From positions 2,942,722 to 3,006,721 of the forward strand of contig CAVNZM010000013.1 in assembly GCA_963693365.1 (NCBI GenBank): a DNA stretch of 64,000 nt, written 5' to 3'. Origin of the DNA: Amoebidium appalachense. Its lineage: Eukaryota > Protista > Ichthyosporea. The notes beneath the pieces were generated by a model that was not told the DNA's origin, did no database searches, and worked only from the letters and a program-made list of their open reading frames with translations. Shown one piece after another: positions 11,385-24,187 of this stretch. Within the stretch, counting starts at the first letter, position 1. The number at the start of each line of letters is the position of its first letter. The position numbers and the translations under genes are program-made.

Positions 11385-12601
11385 TGTTGGAGTGCAGACT
11401 TACGCTCACTCCACAATATGTGTATGTTAGCTTTACAATTGGTTCCGTGTACACAGACACACGCTGACACTCGATCACCACATGCACATCTGCATAGTTG
11501 AGGAATGTTGCCAATTGTGTTTTGACTGCAAACGATTGGTTCACTGGTCCCAGAGATCTCTAAATGAAAGTAACCAATCCGATTAGCACCTGGCATCCGG
11601 ATTACATTCCAGACTGCTGCCCCACGGGTATATAAGCCACGTCTCTGCCAGGTGCAGACATGGAGTTCAGACATGGAGTTCAGTCATGGAGTTCAGTCAT
11701 GGAGTTCAGTCATGGAGTTAAGTCATGGAGTTAAGTCATGGAGTTCAGTCATGGAGTTAACACACTGAAAGCAGTAAAAAACGGGTCAGCGCCCAAGCGC
11801 GCCACGACGACCCTAGTCACAGCGGACTCTACTTCCAACAGGGTTATGGGCCCAGACACGACACCGCGGCCTCTAACTTCACGTCCCCTACGACGCCTTG
11901 AACGGAGGAGCCCAGAAACCGACTTCTAGGCTGTACCCTACACCCGCGAGCGTATTTCCGTGAAGTAGAGACTTTCGCTTCCACAAACTCCATCCGCAGC
12001 AGCCTGCGACATCAACGTCAAGTATTCCACTTCATTGGCGGGGCACGCACCACAGTGGAATGCACACCCCGGTCTACCCTGCAAGCAGCCACACTCACTC
12101 TCTCTTCTCTACAGTGGTGTGTACACTTCTCCAATTGGGTAGGGGTGTTGGAGTGCAGACTTACGCTCACTCCACAATATGTGTATGTTAGCTTTACAAT
12201 TGGTTCCGTGTACACAGACACACGCTGACACTCGATCACCACATGCACATCTGCATAGTTGAGGAATGTTGCCAATTGTGTTTTGACTGCAAACGATTGG
12301 TTCACTGGTCCCAGAGATCTCTAAATGAAAGTAACCAATCCGATTAGCACCTGGCATCCGGATTACATTCCAGACTGCTGCCCCACGGGTATATAAGCCA
12401 CGTCTCTGCCAGGTGCAGACATGGAGTTCAGACATGGAGTTCAGTCATGGAGTTCAGTCATGGAGTTCAGTCATGGAGTTAAGTCATGGAGTTAAGTCAT
12501 GGAGTTCAGTCATGGAGTTAACACACTGAAAGCAGTAAAAAACGGGTCAGCGCCCAAGCGCGCCACGACGACCCTAGTCACAGCGGACTCTACTTCCAAC
12601 A
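11385..12601 (+). mobile_element. Copia-type TRIM (miniature non-autonomous LTR element)
   Basis: 456 bp LTRs at 11385-11840 and 12146-12601 (TGTTGGA...TCCAACA); PBS GGTTATGGGCCCAG; PPT GGGTAGGGG; 305 bp non-coding interior; GTGT on both flanks. Confidence 0.92.
11659..11760 (+). repeat. 12-13 bp tandem repeat CATGGAGTT(C/A)AGT inside the TRIM LTR (second copy ~12420-12521)
   Basis: About 8 units directly downstream of TATATAAG. Confidence 0.9.
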
Positions 12602-12712
12602 GTGTGGGCATTGTAATTTGCATGCATGCACATGAAGCTCACAAACTGGTGCATCTTGTTTGTTTCTATCTCGGCTCCGGTTGTTTGAATTTTACTTTCA
12701 CCTCCGAGCAAC

Positions 12713-15700
12713 ATGGCCTCTTGTTGGGCCGCCAAGGCTTTATTGCCTTGTCCGCTACGGCCATAGCAGCTTCCACCGGTAGGTTCCCCATTTCGGATCC
12801 GCTAATGTATGCCATGATAGGATTGACCTCATGATCAAGAAACTAATGTTGGTGAAAAGTTTACGATGGACGTGCACAACGTAAAGCTGCCCCCGCTTTC
12901 TTTTCTTCCCATCGGCGGACACGCGCAAATACCCGTGCTTTTCTCATTACATACCCAGAGCCCCGTCCATGTCCCTCGCTTCCCCCTTCGGAATCCCCCT
13001 CCCCCCCCCCCCCCCCCCCCCCCCCCCCGTTACATCCCTCACCCCCACCCAGTTTTCTCAAGTAAATATTGACACTCCTTCCCCTCCTTCTCAGCTTCTG
13101 CACAAACGGCTGACTATGCGGAGGTATTGGTGCCTGGTGGCACGCCATGCGGAGTTGGATACACGAAGGATGTTTCCGGTACGTGTCAGGACGAAAACGA
13201 GTGTCAGCGCTTAAAAATCCTGCAGAGATGCGACGGCGCTAATGCCGTGTGCAGAAACACGGTAGGCAGCTTCAAATGTGTTTGCAAGCCTGGGTATTCC
13301 GTGCAGAACAGGCGATGTGCGCCGAGGTCCGGCACGTGCACTCTTCCTGATGGGCAGGTGGTGGGCCTGGGCCAAACTGCGCCTGCCGCCGACGGCTGCA
13401 ACACGTGCACGTGCACACAGGGGGGCCTGCAGTGCACAAAGGCGGCGTGCAATGGGGCTGTGGTCCCCGACAGTAACATTAACCCTGTCGTAATCGCTGC
13501 GACATGCCGTCTTGCCAATGGCACGAGCATTCCCTCTGGTACCCGTGTTAAGGACACCGACGGTTGCAACTGGTGCACGTGCACCAATGGGGGCTTGTCA
13601 TGCACCAAAATGGCGTGCGACGTTGGCCCCATTCCGACACCAGCTTTCACTTTCACGTGCGTATCAGCGACGGGGACACAAATTAACGTCGGGCAAACAG
13701 TGAAGGCGGCTGACGGCTGCAACACGTGCACGTGCACACAGGGGGGCCTGCAGTGCACAAAGATGGCGTGTGGTGGAAACCTCCTTCCTCTTGTCCCTGC
13801 CACCCCTGCCCCGGGGTCATGCAAACTTGCTAACGGCACGTATATCAACTCTGGTACCCGCGTGAAGGACTCAGGCAACTGCAACTGGTGTTATTGTGTC
13901 AGCGGTGGTCTTGCCTGCACCAAGGTGGCATGCGACGTGGCCCCTCTTCCGACCTCAGGCCTCACCGTTACATGTGTATCGTCGACAGGGACCCAAGTAA
14001 GCATGGGCCAGACGGTGAAGGCTGCCGACGGCTGCAACACGTGCTCGTGCACACAGGGGGGCCTGCAGTGCACCAAAATGGTGTGTGAGACCAGTGCGGT
14101 TCCCACAGTGGCACCTATCGCCGGATGCCTTACCCCGTCCGGAGCCCAAATTGGCGTCGGACAAACCGTGAAGGCTGCTGACAGCTGCAACACGTGCACG
14201 TGCACGCCCGCCGGCCTGCAGTGCACAAAGATGGCATGTGGTGGAAGTCTTTTTCCAAATGTCCTGGGTTCATGCCGTCTTGCTAACGGCACGAATGTTC
14301 CTTCCGGTATGCGCGTCAAGGACACCGACGGTTGCAACTGGTGCACGTGCACCAACGGCGGCCTTTTATGTACCAAAATGGCGTGCGACGTTGGGCCTGT
14401 TCCAACACCAGCCATCACGTTTACTTGCGTATCGGCGACGGGAACACAAATCAGTGCCGGGCAAACGGTGAAGGCGGCCGACGGCTGCAACACGTGCACG
14501 TGCACACAGGGGGGCCTGCAGTGCACAAAGATTGCATGTTCTACCAGTGCGGTCCCCTCAGCAGCACCTATCGCCGGATGCACCACCGCCACTGGGACAC
14601 AGATTGGCGCCGGACAAACTGTGAAGGCGGCTGACGGCTGCAACACGTGCACGTGCACACAGACCGGCCTGCAGTGCACAAAGGTGGCATGCACGGGAAC
14701 TTTGCTGCCTATTGTCCCTGCCGCCCCTGCCTCGGGTTCATGCCGCCTCGCTAATGGCACTTATATCGCCTCCGGTATGCGCGTGAAGGGCTCAGACAAC
14801 TGCAATTGGTGCACGTGCATCAATGGCGGTCTTGCCTGCACCAAGGTGGCATGCGACGTGGGCCCCCTTCCGACCTCGGCTATTACCATTACTTGTGTTT
14901 CGGCGACGGGCACCCAAGCTAGTCTCGGACAAACGGTGAAGGCGGCCGACGGCTGCAACACGTGCACGTGCACACAGGGGGGTCTGCAGTGCACAAAGAT
15001 TGCATGTTCTACCAGTGCGGTCCCCACAGTGGCACCTATCGCCGGATGCACCACCCCTACCGGAGCCCAAATTGGTGTCGGACAAATCGTGAAGGCGGCC
15101 GACGGCTGCAACACGTGCACGTGCACACAGACCGGGCTGCAGTGCACAAAGATGGCATGGCATGTGGTGGAAGTCTACTTCCGAGCGGCCCTGCCCCGGG
15201 CTCATGCAGACTTGCTAACGGCACGTATATCACCTCCGGTACCCGCGTGAAGGACTCGGACAACTGCAACTGGTGCACGTGCGTGAGCGGCGGACTGTCA
15301 TGCACCAAAATTGCATGTGACGTTGGCTCTATTCCGATACCAGCTTTCACTTTCACTTGTGTATCCGCGACGGGGACACAAATTAACTTAGGGCAGACGG
15401 TGAAAGCGGCCGACGGCTGCAACACGTGCACGTGCACACGGGGAGGCCTGCAGTGCACAAAGATTGCATGCACGGGTACGTTGCTTCCTGTTGTTACCCC
15501 GGCTGCCGCCGCATCCTGCCGCCTTGCCAACGGCACGAGCATTCCCTCGGGTGCACGTGTTAAGGACGCCGACGGCTGCAACTGGTGCACGTGCTTCAAT
15601 GGCGGTCTTGCCTGCACCAAGGTGGCATGCGACGTGGCCCCTCTTCCGACCTCAGGCATCACCGCTACTTGCATATCATCTAAGGGGACCGCAATAAGCA

Positions 15701-16628
15701 TGGGGCAGACGGTGAAGGCGGCCGACGGCTGCAACACGTGCACGTGCACACAGACCGGCCTGCAGTGCACAAAGATGGCATGTGGTGGAAATCTTCTTCC
15801 TCTTGTTCCCGCTGCTGTAGTTCCTGCCCTGGGTTCATGCCGTCTCGCCAACGGCACTTATATCACCTCGGAGTCCGGTACTCTCGTGAAGGACTCAGAC
15901 AACTGCAACTGGTGCACGTGCGTTAGCGGCGGCCTGTCGTGCACCAAAATTGCGTGCAATGTAGCCCCGATTAAACCCGGGATTACCATCGGACTCGTAA
16001 AAGCAGCGTAGGTGGGCGACACGTGTGTTACTCCAGTGTAAACAGTTGGACTAGTTAGGATAAGGCAGAGTACAACTGAATCAAAATAAAGACAGAGAAC
16101 GGGTAGAAAGGCACACGCGGCCAGGTTGCTTTTACTATGGGCCGACTCAGTCTGTCTCAGACTTCACTGATGTGATCCCCGTACTGGGACGGCTTTCTTA
16201 TATAGCCCCCAGGTTTCGGATCAAGGCCCAGGATTGGTTCATCCGCGGCCAGCGCGGGTGGCAACATGCCATTCGTGATTCTGGTGCGGTCCGAGCCAGT
16301 CAGACCTTTGTCCTATTTATGCAAACCTCTTATTGGTTCACTTCGTTTATGTGGTATGCAGCGGAAGAACCATATATGGTTCAATTCTTAGGTCAGAGTG
16401 AGTCCTATTGGTGCGGACATAATATTTATGTGATATTCATGACAAAGCACGAATCGTGTGCTAGTAGATCACATTCTTTAGTAAACATGTACAGTTCATG
16501 TGTACAGTTGTTTACATCCAGGTAATGAGGAGGTTCAGAACGGGCAGATGGTTCCAGCCGGCGACAGATGCAACACGTGCACGTGTAGGAGCGGTGAGTT
16601 GGATTGCACGAAGAACGTTTGTGCTTAA
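12713..16628 (+). pseudogene. Secreted protein with a calcium-binding EGF domain and 18 pacifastin/VWC-like Cys repeats; disrupted
   Basis: Signal-like exon at ~12713-12778; intron 12779-13094; DENEC…CRNTVGSFKCVCKPGY; repeats C-x19-CN(T/W)CxC-x2-G-x2-CTKxxC. Lesions: 5-bp duplication frameshift at ~15155, TAG at 16009-16011, and a solo LTR in the last repeat. Confidence 0.85.
16037..16516 (-). mobile_element. Solo LTR of the Gypsy family at 5094-8681
   Basis: 480 bp reverse complement of the LTR; 5-bp TSD TCCAG. Confidence 0.95.
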
Positions 16629-16976
16629 AAAAAGGAGTATATGCTCCTTCGGAGTGGGGTCTCAGATGCAATCGTTATGTATGACACTAATAAGAGGATG
16701 TTTTCTAATGAAGTTGTAACTCAAGCTTTACTATTACAAAGCAATTGTAACTACTTTGTAGTTTAGACGGTAGGCAGGAATGCGACATCGATAAGGTGGT
16801 TGTGTTATAATTGGTTGGTGTGAGCAGATGTTAACTATTTGGGCAAGATGGTGTAGGGAAGGTTGTTTAGTTATATGTTAGTGAGTATTGCTAGTCAATA
16901 GTTATGTGACTGTGTATGTATGGATGGTGATACCGCTGTTAAAGCTAGTGGCCAGAAAGGTTAATCAAAGACTGAG

Positions 16977-17008
<32 letters not shown>

Positions 17009-17350
17009 CATCATGATATATACACACATAGTCAGTAGTAGTATAATATATATACTTGATAAATTATGTAACAGGTTAATCTTAGTGATTATGCATATAT
17101 ATATATGCGGTAGGTAATGAGATTCTGGAGATTCAAAGAGAAGCCCAACGCGGCATTAACTCAGGTTAGTAGGATGAGTAGTGTGAAAATCTCGTAGTAC
17201 ATTGGTCTTAATATATACATATATATTGAATGTGTGTCGAGTGAAGGTATAGTGAAATAAGTCATTATAGTTTTTGTTCACCTATCAAATTTTTAGAAAA
17301 TGAATGGTGACGTGGTATGAACACACTATGCTGCAGTTCACAGGAAATGC

Positions 17351-17381
<31 letters not shown>

Positions 17382-17704
17382 ACCACCACCACCACCACCA
17401 CTCCCACCCTACCCCCACCTCGGGGTCCCTCCTATTTGTACCGATATCCCCCGTTTTGCACTCTGCATTCGTACTCTTATAAGACATTCTAAACGGTTAC
17501 CCCCCCTTGAGCTCATCACTCCCCAACATGAGCTTTGCTCATTTGTGAGTGCTTACGGTAACCCTGTGCTGTTCATTATGTGTGCTTGAACCCGACAGCC
17601 TGTTCCCTTCAAAACCCCTCCCCCTCCCCTCCCCCCCCCCCCCCCATCCCCCCCCCCCCCATCCCCCCCCCCCCCCCCCCCCCCCACCTGCCTGCCCGCC
17701 CGCC

Positions 17705-19190
17705 TGAACCTTAGGTCTCTTCCAACTTACCAGCCCCCTTTGGCCGTCTTCAGCAAGCGCTGTTCGATACCACTCGCGGACGAGCGGCGGTCAATGGAAC
17801 ATTAACGCCCTGTTTTTCTCGTTCTCGGGGTCTTCTGCAGGGGTCCCTCCTGAGTCCGTTGTTGTTTGGCGTTTTCATCGACGATTTTGCCTGCGCCCTC
17901 GAACCCTTTGGCCAACTGCATACCCGCCGTGTACCGGGTCTCCTTTTTGCGGACCCTATTGTTCTTTGTTCCTTTACCGAAGATGTCATGCACCAGCTGC
18001 TTCGTCAGGTGGATCAATGGTGCACCGAGAATCTCATGACAGTCGGAATTGCGAAGTGTGCTACTTTTTCGAAAAACGCTTCCTTCCGATTGGCCGGTCT
18101 TCCTATTCCTGTTCAGAGCACCTATGACTATTTGGGTATCATCTTTTACTGCACGGGGTATTGATTTCCGCAAGCTCCTCACGGCACGTGCACGGATCGC
18201 TCGTGCGAAGGGTAAGCTTCACATCGTGTCAAATATGTTTCAATGGGAGTCTGTGCTCCATCCTGCGAACCTTCTTCTCTACTATAAAACTTTTTTACGG
18301 CCAACTTTCGAATATGGACTTCCGCTATTGGCCTGCGCCCCACCTCGCGAGGCGGCTGTGGCGCTGAAAGAGTTCGACGATTTTCAGGGTACTGCGCTGC
18401 GCACTTTGTTTCGTACTCGGTTTGTGCCTCCCTTAGTCAGTATGTTTGGATTGTCGTCTGCTGTTTGTCGTATGGAGGAATTGTCTCTTCGTTTTTGTTT
18501 TCATTTAGTTAGGATCCCTGATGGTCACCCTCTTTATGCTAACTTTCCCCCCCCTCCCTCCATCCCTCTTCCCCCCCGATTCACCAACGCTACTTCTGAA
18601 TGTCCTCAGCCTACCCTCTTTCAACCTGATTCTTCCTCTCGCTATGTCACTCCCTCTTTCTTTTCTCTTCCTGTTTCTTCTGCCTTTTCGCGATATTACC
18701 ATACGCAGTATAAGTTTCTTTCTCGTTCTCGTAGAGAAATCAAAGGTAAAACTCAGTCGGCATGTGTTATGTTCTTTAGGCAACACCGTACTGATCATTA
18801 TCGCTTTTTGGGAGCTTTGGCAGCATACATTTCTCCTGCTGTACGTATGGATACCATTCTAGTAGATAAGTCTGTATGGTGCTCTGATGTTGATATTGCC
18901 TGGGAAGTTGTGCAGTGGCGTTGTAATTTTTGTTTTCACCGCCACTGGTGCCACTTTTGTGCTGAACTTTTTAATCGCAAGCATGTTGATAGGTGTGAGT
19001 TTTTATGTCGCGTTTTACCTCTTTCCCTACGGGTGTCTGCTACACTAGCTGGCAATGTGACCACTTTAGACTTTTTGTTGAATTCTGTTGGTCGTCACAT
19101 TGAGTATTTATATGATTTTCACACAGTGTTCAGGTATCTCAGTATGCACTTGTTACTGGATAACTCGTGAAGTTTTTATTGTCTTCTCAG
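17705..19190 (+). mobile_element. 5'-truncated LINE: RT C-terminal half and Cys/His-rich tail, frameshifted
   Basis: GLLQGSLLSPLLFGVFIDD, LLFADP, YDYLGI and YKTFLRPTFEYG motifs, plus CHFC..FNRKHVDRC; frameshift near 18150. Confidence 0.88.
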
Positions 19191-20059
19191 TAATGCCGTG
19201 CATACTTGCATATCTTTCCGTCGGATAAATCCAGTCAAAAGAAAAAAACTTGCACACACACACACACAAATCCACCCACACACACCCCAAGGCCTTTATG
19301 GGCCCTTAAGCATACACAAGCACATGTGTACAAGCACATGCTTGTGTACACATGCACCATGCTATCAGTATAGTGCTTGCGCATCCGGGCGGCACAAGGC
19401 TTACGGTCTATTTACAACTACACATGAACAGCCATGGCCTGAGTAGAACTTTGTTTTTGGCGCGGAAAAACTTAAGCCCAAATTTCTACATTTGGCTAAT
19501 CGTGTGATTGGGCGAAAATTATTGGTCCATACAATTTTTTTTTGAGATTGCGAAATTCCTACTTTCTTTTTAAAAAAAATTAAAATAGGGTGACTCACGT
19601 GCTTCGGATCCGAGAAAGATTGTGTAAGCTTAAGCTGTGAGTGTGCACTTGTGCAGTAGCTCATACACCAGTGTGTGACGTACGAAGAAGACACGGAACA
19701 TGCGTACAGACCGCCACAGTTACAGATGTGCACCCACAAACAAAACACACAGACACAGGCACCACTCGCGAGTATTATAATATGTGCATTGTGATATGGT
19801 ATGAAAACATTAATGGCACACACCACGTTTAACAAGGTGGGCAACGATCATCATGTGTACATGTACAGACAGTGACTGTCGCATGTCAACAGCAAGTCAT
19901 GGTATGTGAGTGGACATACCCGCATACTATACTAACCACATTGGCACACGTGTGCGCACGCAAGCACACACGCACTCACTCACACCCACACCCACACCTA
20001 CATGCACACGCACACACTTGAAAAAGAGAGGTGGGAGGGAAGGGGGTTGGGGGGAGGAG

Positions 20060-20062
<3 letters not shown>

Positions 20063-20152
<90 letters not shown>

Positions 20153-20475
20153 AGGGAGAGAGAAAGAGAGGGAGAGAGATAGAGAGAGAGAGAGAGAAGA
20201 AAGGGAGAGAGGAAGAGAGGGAGGGAGAGAGTGAGGGGGGGAGGGGGGAGGGGGGGAGGGGGAGAGAGATAGAGAGAGAGAAAGAGAGAGAGAGAGGTAG
20301 CTATGAATGCGCTCCCGTGACCGCACAGAGGCACATTGCACACACAGAAACACACAAAAAGCACCTACAAACACACGTGCGCGCAATACTATGTGCGCAC
20401 ACATACATACACACGCTGCGAAAGATACACATGCACACGTATACACATACGTGACGTGACAAAAATGCGTGCACA

Positions 20476-20522
<47 letters not shown>

Positions 20523-21025
20523 CACGCGCACACACGCACACGCACAAACACACGTACACACGCACACACGCACACACGCACACACGCAAGCACACGCACA
20601 CAAGTATACGCGCACACGCACACGCACACGCACACATATGCATAGCACACACGCACACACAAACGCACATTCACAAAAACACATACACACGTACACACAC
20701 ACCGTGACAAACGCACACACACGTACATGTGTACATAAGCACATACACAAACACACACACACACACTTACACGCATACACACATGCACACACATACGCGC
20801 GCGCACACACGCACAAACATACACACACGCGCGCACACACACGAGCACACACACAAGCGCACATACGCGCGCACAAACACGTATACACCGTTGAAGCACA
20901 TACCATAGCGCACACGCATGCACGCGCACACACTCACACACACAGACACACACACGTGCACAGACACACACACATACACACAAATGCACACACGCATATG
21001 CATACGCAAGCAGATACACACACAC
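20063..21025. repeat. (GA)n microsatellite followed by a long degenerate (CA)n tract
   Basis: Directly visible in the sequence. Confidence 0.95.
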
Positions 21026-21581
21026 GCTTTAGATTTGCTCCCTGCTTTTGTATTCCCGAGGTTTGCACCTGGAAGCGGCGGGAGCACTATGACGATAAAA
21101 CCTTTAAAAGGCTTAAAATAGACAACAACGTCGCCTTTGTTTTAAAGTAGTATTTGCTAAATCTACAGGACTCACCATTGGATTATGATCATGCGCTGTT
21201 CTGTCGTTTTATGATTACGTACTACTCTGATACATACATCGGACACCTGGCACAGAAATAAAGCCAAAAGTGTTTTGCCACACAGCCAATGTATTGTTGC
21301 TCTTTGAACACTGCAGCACAATTCAAAATATAGAGCTCTAAGAGTTAAGTTGTTCGTTTCATACTCCACAATCTTTATACCGTGAACAACAATCGTTTCA
21401 ATGCAAGGATAATGCTGTGCAGATGAACATCGAGGCTCAGTTGACCAATTTGGTGGGGAACGAAGCAAGCTTGGTGCTGGGGTACATCCATTAATTAAAA
21501 AAGAACAAAACTAGCAACTGCAGGCATCATCCTATTACAGCTGAAGAATGACGCTTCCAAACGATAATCCCCTCTCATCCC

Positions 21582-22616
21582 TTGTTCTTAGGGGATCACA
21601 GTTTGGCCTTCCTCTCATTCTCCAAGGGCCAAATCGATACCATGAAGAATTCGCTTTCAAACCCCACTCACACGCAACGCTTTTACGGTGAGAGAAGGTT
21701 CTCCTTTGTGCGCGAGGGGAAGAAAAAGAGTGACGGAGAGGCCTCTAGAAGCACCATTGCACTCATGTCCCTGGCGCAAGAGAGCCAATTCTTGCTTCAC
21801 TCATGGTGTGCAAGCAGTGAAATTACGACACTTCTTCACGTTCTCACGGAGCCCACCTTGGGAAAAGTGCACGATGTACTCTCATGCGTCCTCTCCACCA
21901 ACCCGCTGTTTACATTCGACCACTGCACGCGCATTTGCTCGCAAATCATCCACCAGATGACCCACGCAGCTCAGTTCATCTCTGCACATGGCTACATCGT
22001 TCTCGAACCTTCCTACGAGGAAGTGCAAGTGGTGAAATTCAATGTGTCGCGGGCCTACCTCCACGTTAAGTTCTCATCGTTCGAAAAGTGCATCCTCCAC
22101 AAACACTTCTCATGTAATTACGAAACTTTAATGGACCCCACACCTGGGCATATATCACTGCACCCCTCCGCAGCTGCCACCACACCTGGAAAAGACCCCG
22201 CCAAGCTCATTCCCCACATCAGCGCACATTATTGGTTGTGTGAATTCGCATCGCTTTCACTTTTCCCACACGTGTATTTCGGCGAGAAGGCTGTATATGA
22301 GCAAACACGTGTGCGCTGCTTCTCGATCCTTGGAGACTGGCTCAATGGGAGGCCCATTTGGCTTCTAGACACTATGTGCACTCGCATGTTCGCTGCCGCA
22401 GTTAGATTGCTTAGAGAGGTGCAAGAGGTGTTTGCAAGTGCAAACAGTGAAGATGGGGGTGTGGATGGTGCGGACACCCTGCCCAGATACTTCGAGAGGT
22501 TTCTGGAAGTGGTGGGAGCTGACGCGGAGATGTGCCTAAAAGAGGTAAATGTCCCCTCCCCCCCCCCCCCCCCCCCCCAACTCCCCCCAACCAACCAACG
22601 AAAGAGACATCTTTGA
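21582..22616 (+). CDS. Hypothetical protein, possibly a pseudokinase fold (may be a terminal exon)
   Basis: ~1 kb non-repetitive ORF; QIIHQMTHAAQFISAHGYIVLEPSYEEVQV…VKFSSF parallels kinase subdomains VIa-VII without HRD/DFG. Confidence 0.5.
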   Translation: MFLGDHSLAFLSFSKGQIDTMKNSLSNPTHTQRFYGERRFSFVREGKKKSDGEASRSTIALMSLAQESQFLLHSWCASSEITTLLHVLTEPTLGKVHDVLSCVLSTNPLFTFDHCTRICSQIIHQMTHAAQFISAHGYIVLEPSYEEVQVVKFNVSRAYLHVKFSSFEKCILHKHFSCNYETLMDPTPGHISLHPSAAATTPGKDPAKLIPHISAHYWLCEFASLSLFPHVYFGEKAVYEQTRVRCFSILGDWLNGRPIWLLDTMCTRMFAAAVRLLREVQEVFASANSEDGGVDGADTLPRYFERFLEVVGADAEMCLKEVNVPSPPPPPPQLPPTNQRKRHL

Positions 22617-22722
22617 GACACCTTCATCCTTTGCGACCTATTCCCCTGCCCGAAAAAGCCCAAGTGCACATATGTGTGCATGCATACGTACATATACTTA
22701 CTGTTTGAAACATGCATATTCA

Positions 22723-22791
22723 GATTTACAGATACATGTGATAGGTTTACAGATACATGTGATAGGTTTACAGATACATGTAATAGGTTTC
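22723..22791. repeat. 21-bp tandem repeat x3 (TTTACAGATACATGTGATAGG)
   Basis: Directly visible in the sequence. Confidence 0.85.
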
Positions 22792-24187
22792 GAGAATATT
22801 TAGGTTACTAAAATATAGAAGGCAGGAGCTTGGAGGGGAAAAAAAGGGGGGGGGGGGGGGGGGGGGGAGCGCTTGGTGTGGAGGCTTCATAAAGCGGGAA
22901 CAATATGGAATGGAGGGGAATTAGAATGAGAGCAAGACGGGTTAGACAAAAAAACGATATTGGATTGCAAGGAATATCAAAGAGAGGGTGTTCGTTAGTG
23001 CTGCTTGGTTGGAGGAGGGCAGGGAGCAAGGGGGAAAGGGGGGAGGGGGGAAGGGGCGGCGGCTGGGGGGGGGGGGGGAGGGGGGGGGAGGGGGGGAGGT
23101 GGGATAATGTGCTTTTTTGTTTGTTTGCGTCAGTGTTCCTTGTTTTCCTTTTCTTGCTTATGCTACTTCATGTCCAGTTTGGCATTGTATCTAGTTGGGA
23201 GCAGGCATGCATACACATCAACAGAAATGCACCGGGCAGGGGGGGGAAGGGGGGGGGGGGGGGGGGGGGGGGGGCAGGGAAGGAGGGGAAGGGGGGGAGG
23301 AAGGGGGAGGTGGGGAGGAATGGAGAGAGGTGGTGGGGGAGGAAGGGGGAGGGGAGGGGATACGGAGAACCTCACAGGCCTGGCAGATGCTCATTTGTTA
23401 AATTCATTTTTTATATCTTAACTTGAAAACATTAATATTGATGGAGTGAGCACAGGTACCCTCATTGTGCTCTAGCACATACACTCAGCACACGTACTAC
23501 CTTCTAGGCTACCCAGCGTGATATTAACTACCCTCCCCCCTCCCCCCCCCCCCTCCCCCCCCTCCCTCCCCACCTCCCTCCCCCCCTCCCCCCCCCCCCC
23601 CCGTTTCGCCCCCCTCCCCCCCTCCCCTCCCCACTCCCCCAACACACACACACACACACACACGCCCACAAGCGAGCGCGTGTGTACACACACAGACACA
23701 GACACAGACACACACACACACACACACTCTCTCTCTCTCTCTCTCTCTCTCGTGCAAGGAAACATCCACACACACACACGCACCATGCTCGTTTACCATA
23801 TCCTTTCCCCTTGCCTTTCCTTTGCCACCCACACATTATCAAATACATCCCCCATCCCACCTCCCCCCCCCCCTCCCCCCCCCCCCAAAAAACCCCCGCT
23901 CTCGTCCATCTCTTTCCTCAGCAACCAACTGAACAACCATTTCTTCCCCTTCCCCTATCCTTTCCTATCTTACCCACTCTCAAACCTTCTCCCTCCCCCC
24001 CCCCCCCCCCTCTCCCTCTCCCCTTCCCCCCTCTCCCTCCTCTTCCCCTTCTTCCCTCCCTGACCCCCCCCCGCCCCCCCCCCGTCCCGCACACACACAG
24101 CCCCACCCGTGTCCCAGTGACGTCACCCTCCTTCCTTCCACGGCCTTCCGCGAGCTTCTCCACTCCCAGTCGTCCCTCTTCCCCCAC

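Noticed and set aside
11659-11760. CRISPR-like array
   Set aside because: Short tandem units with no spacers, inside a eukaryotic LTR.
2000-16011. Alternative genetic code suggested by in-frame TAA/TAG
   Set aside because: Both cases are in elements with other signs of decay or are single events, and intact ORFs end normally in TAA or TGA.
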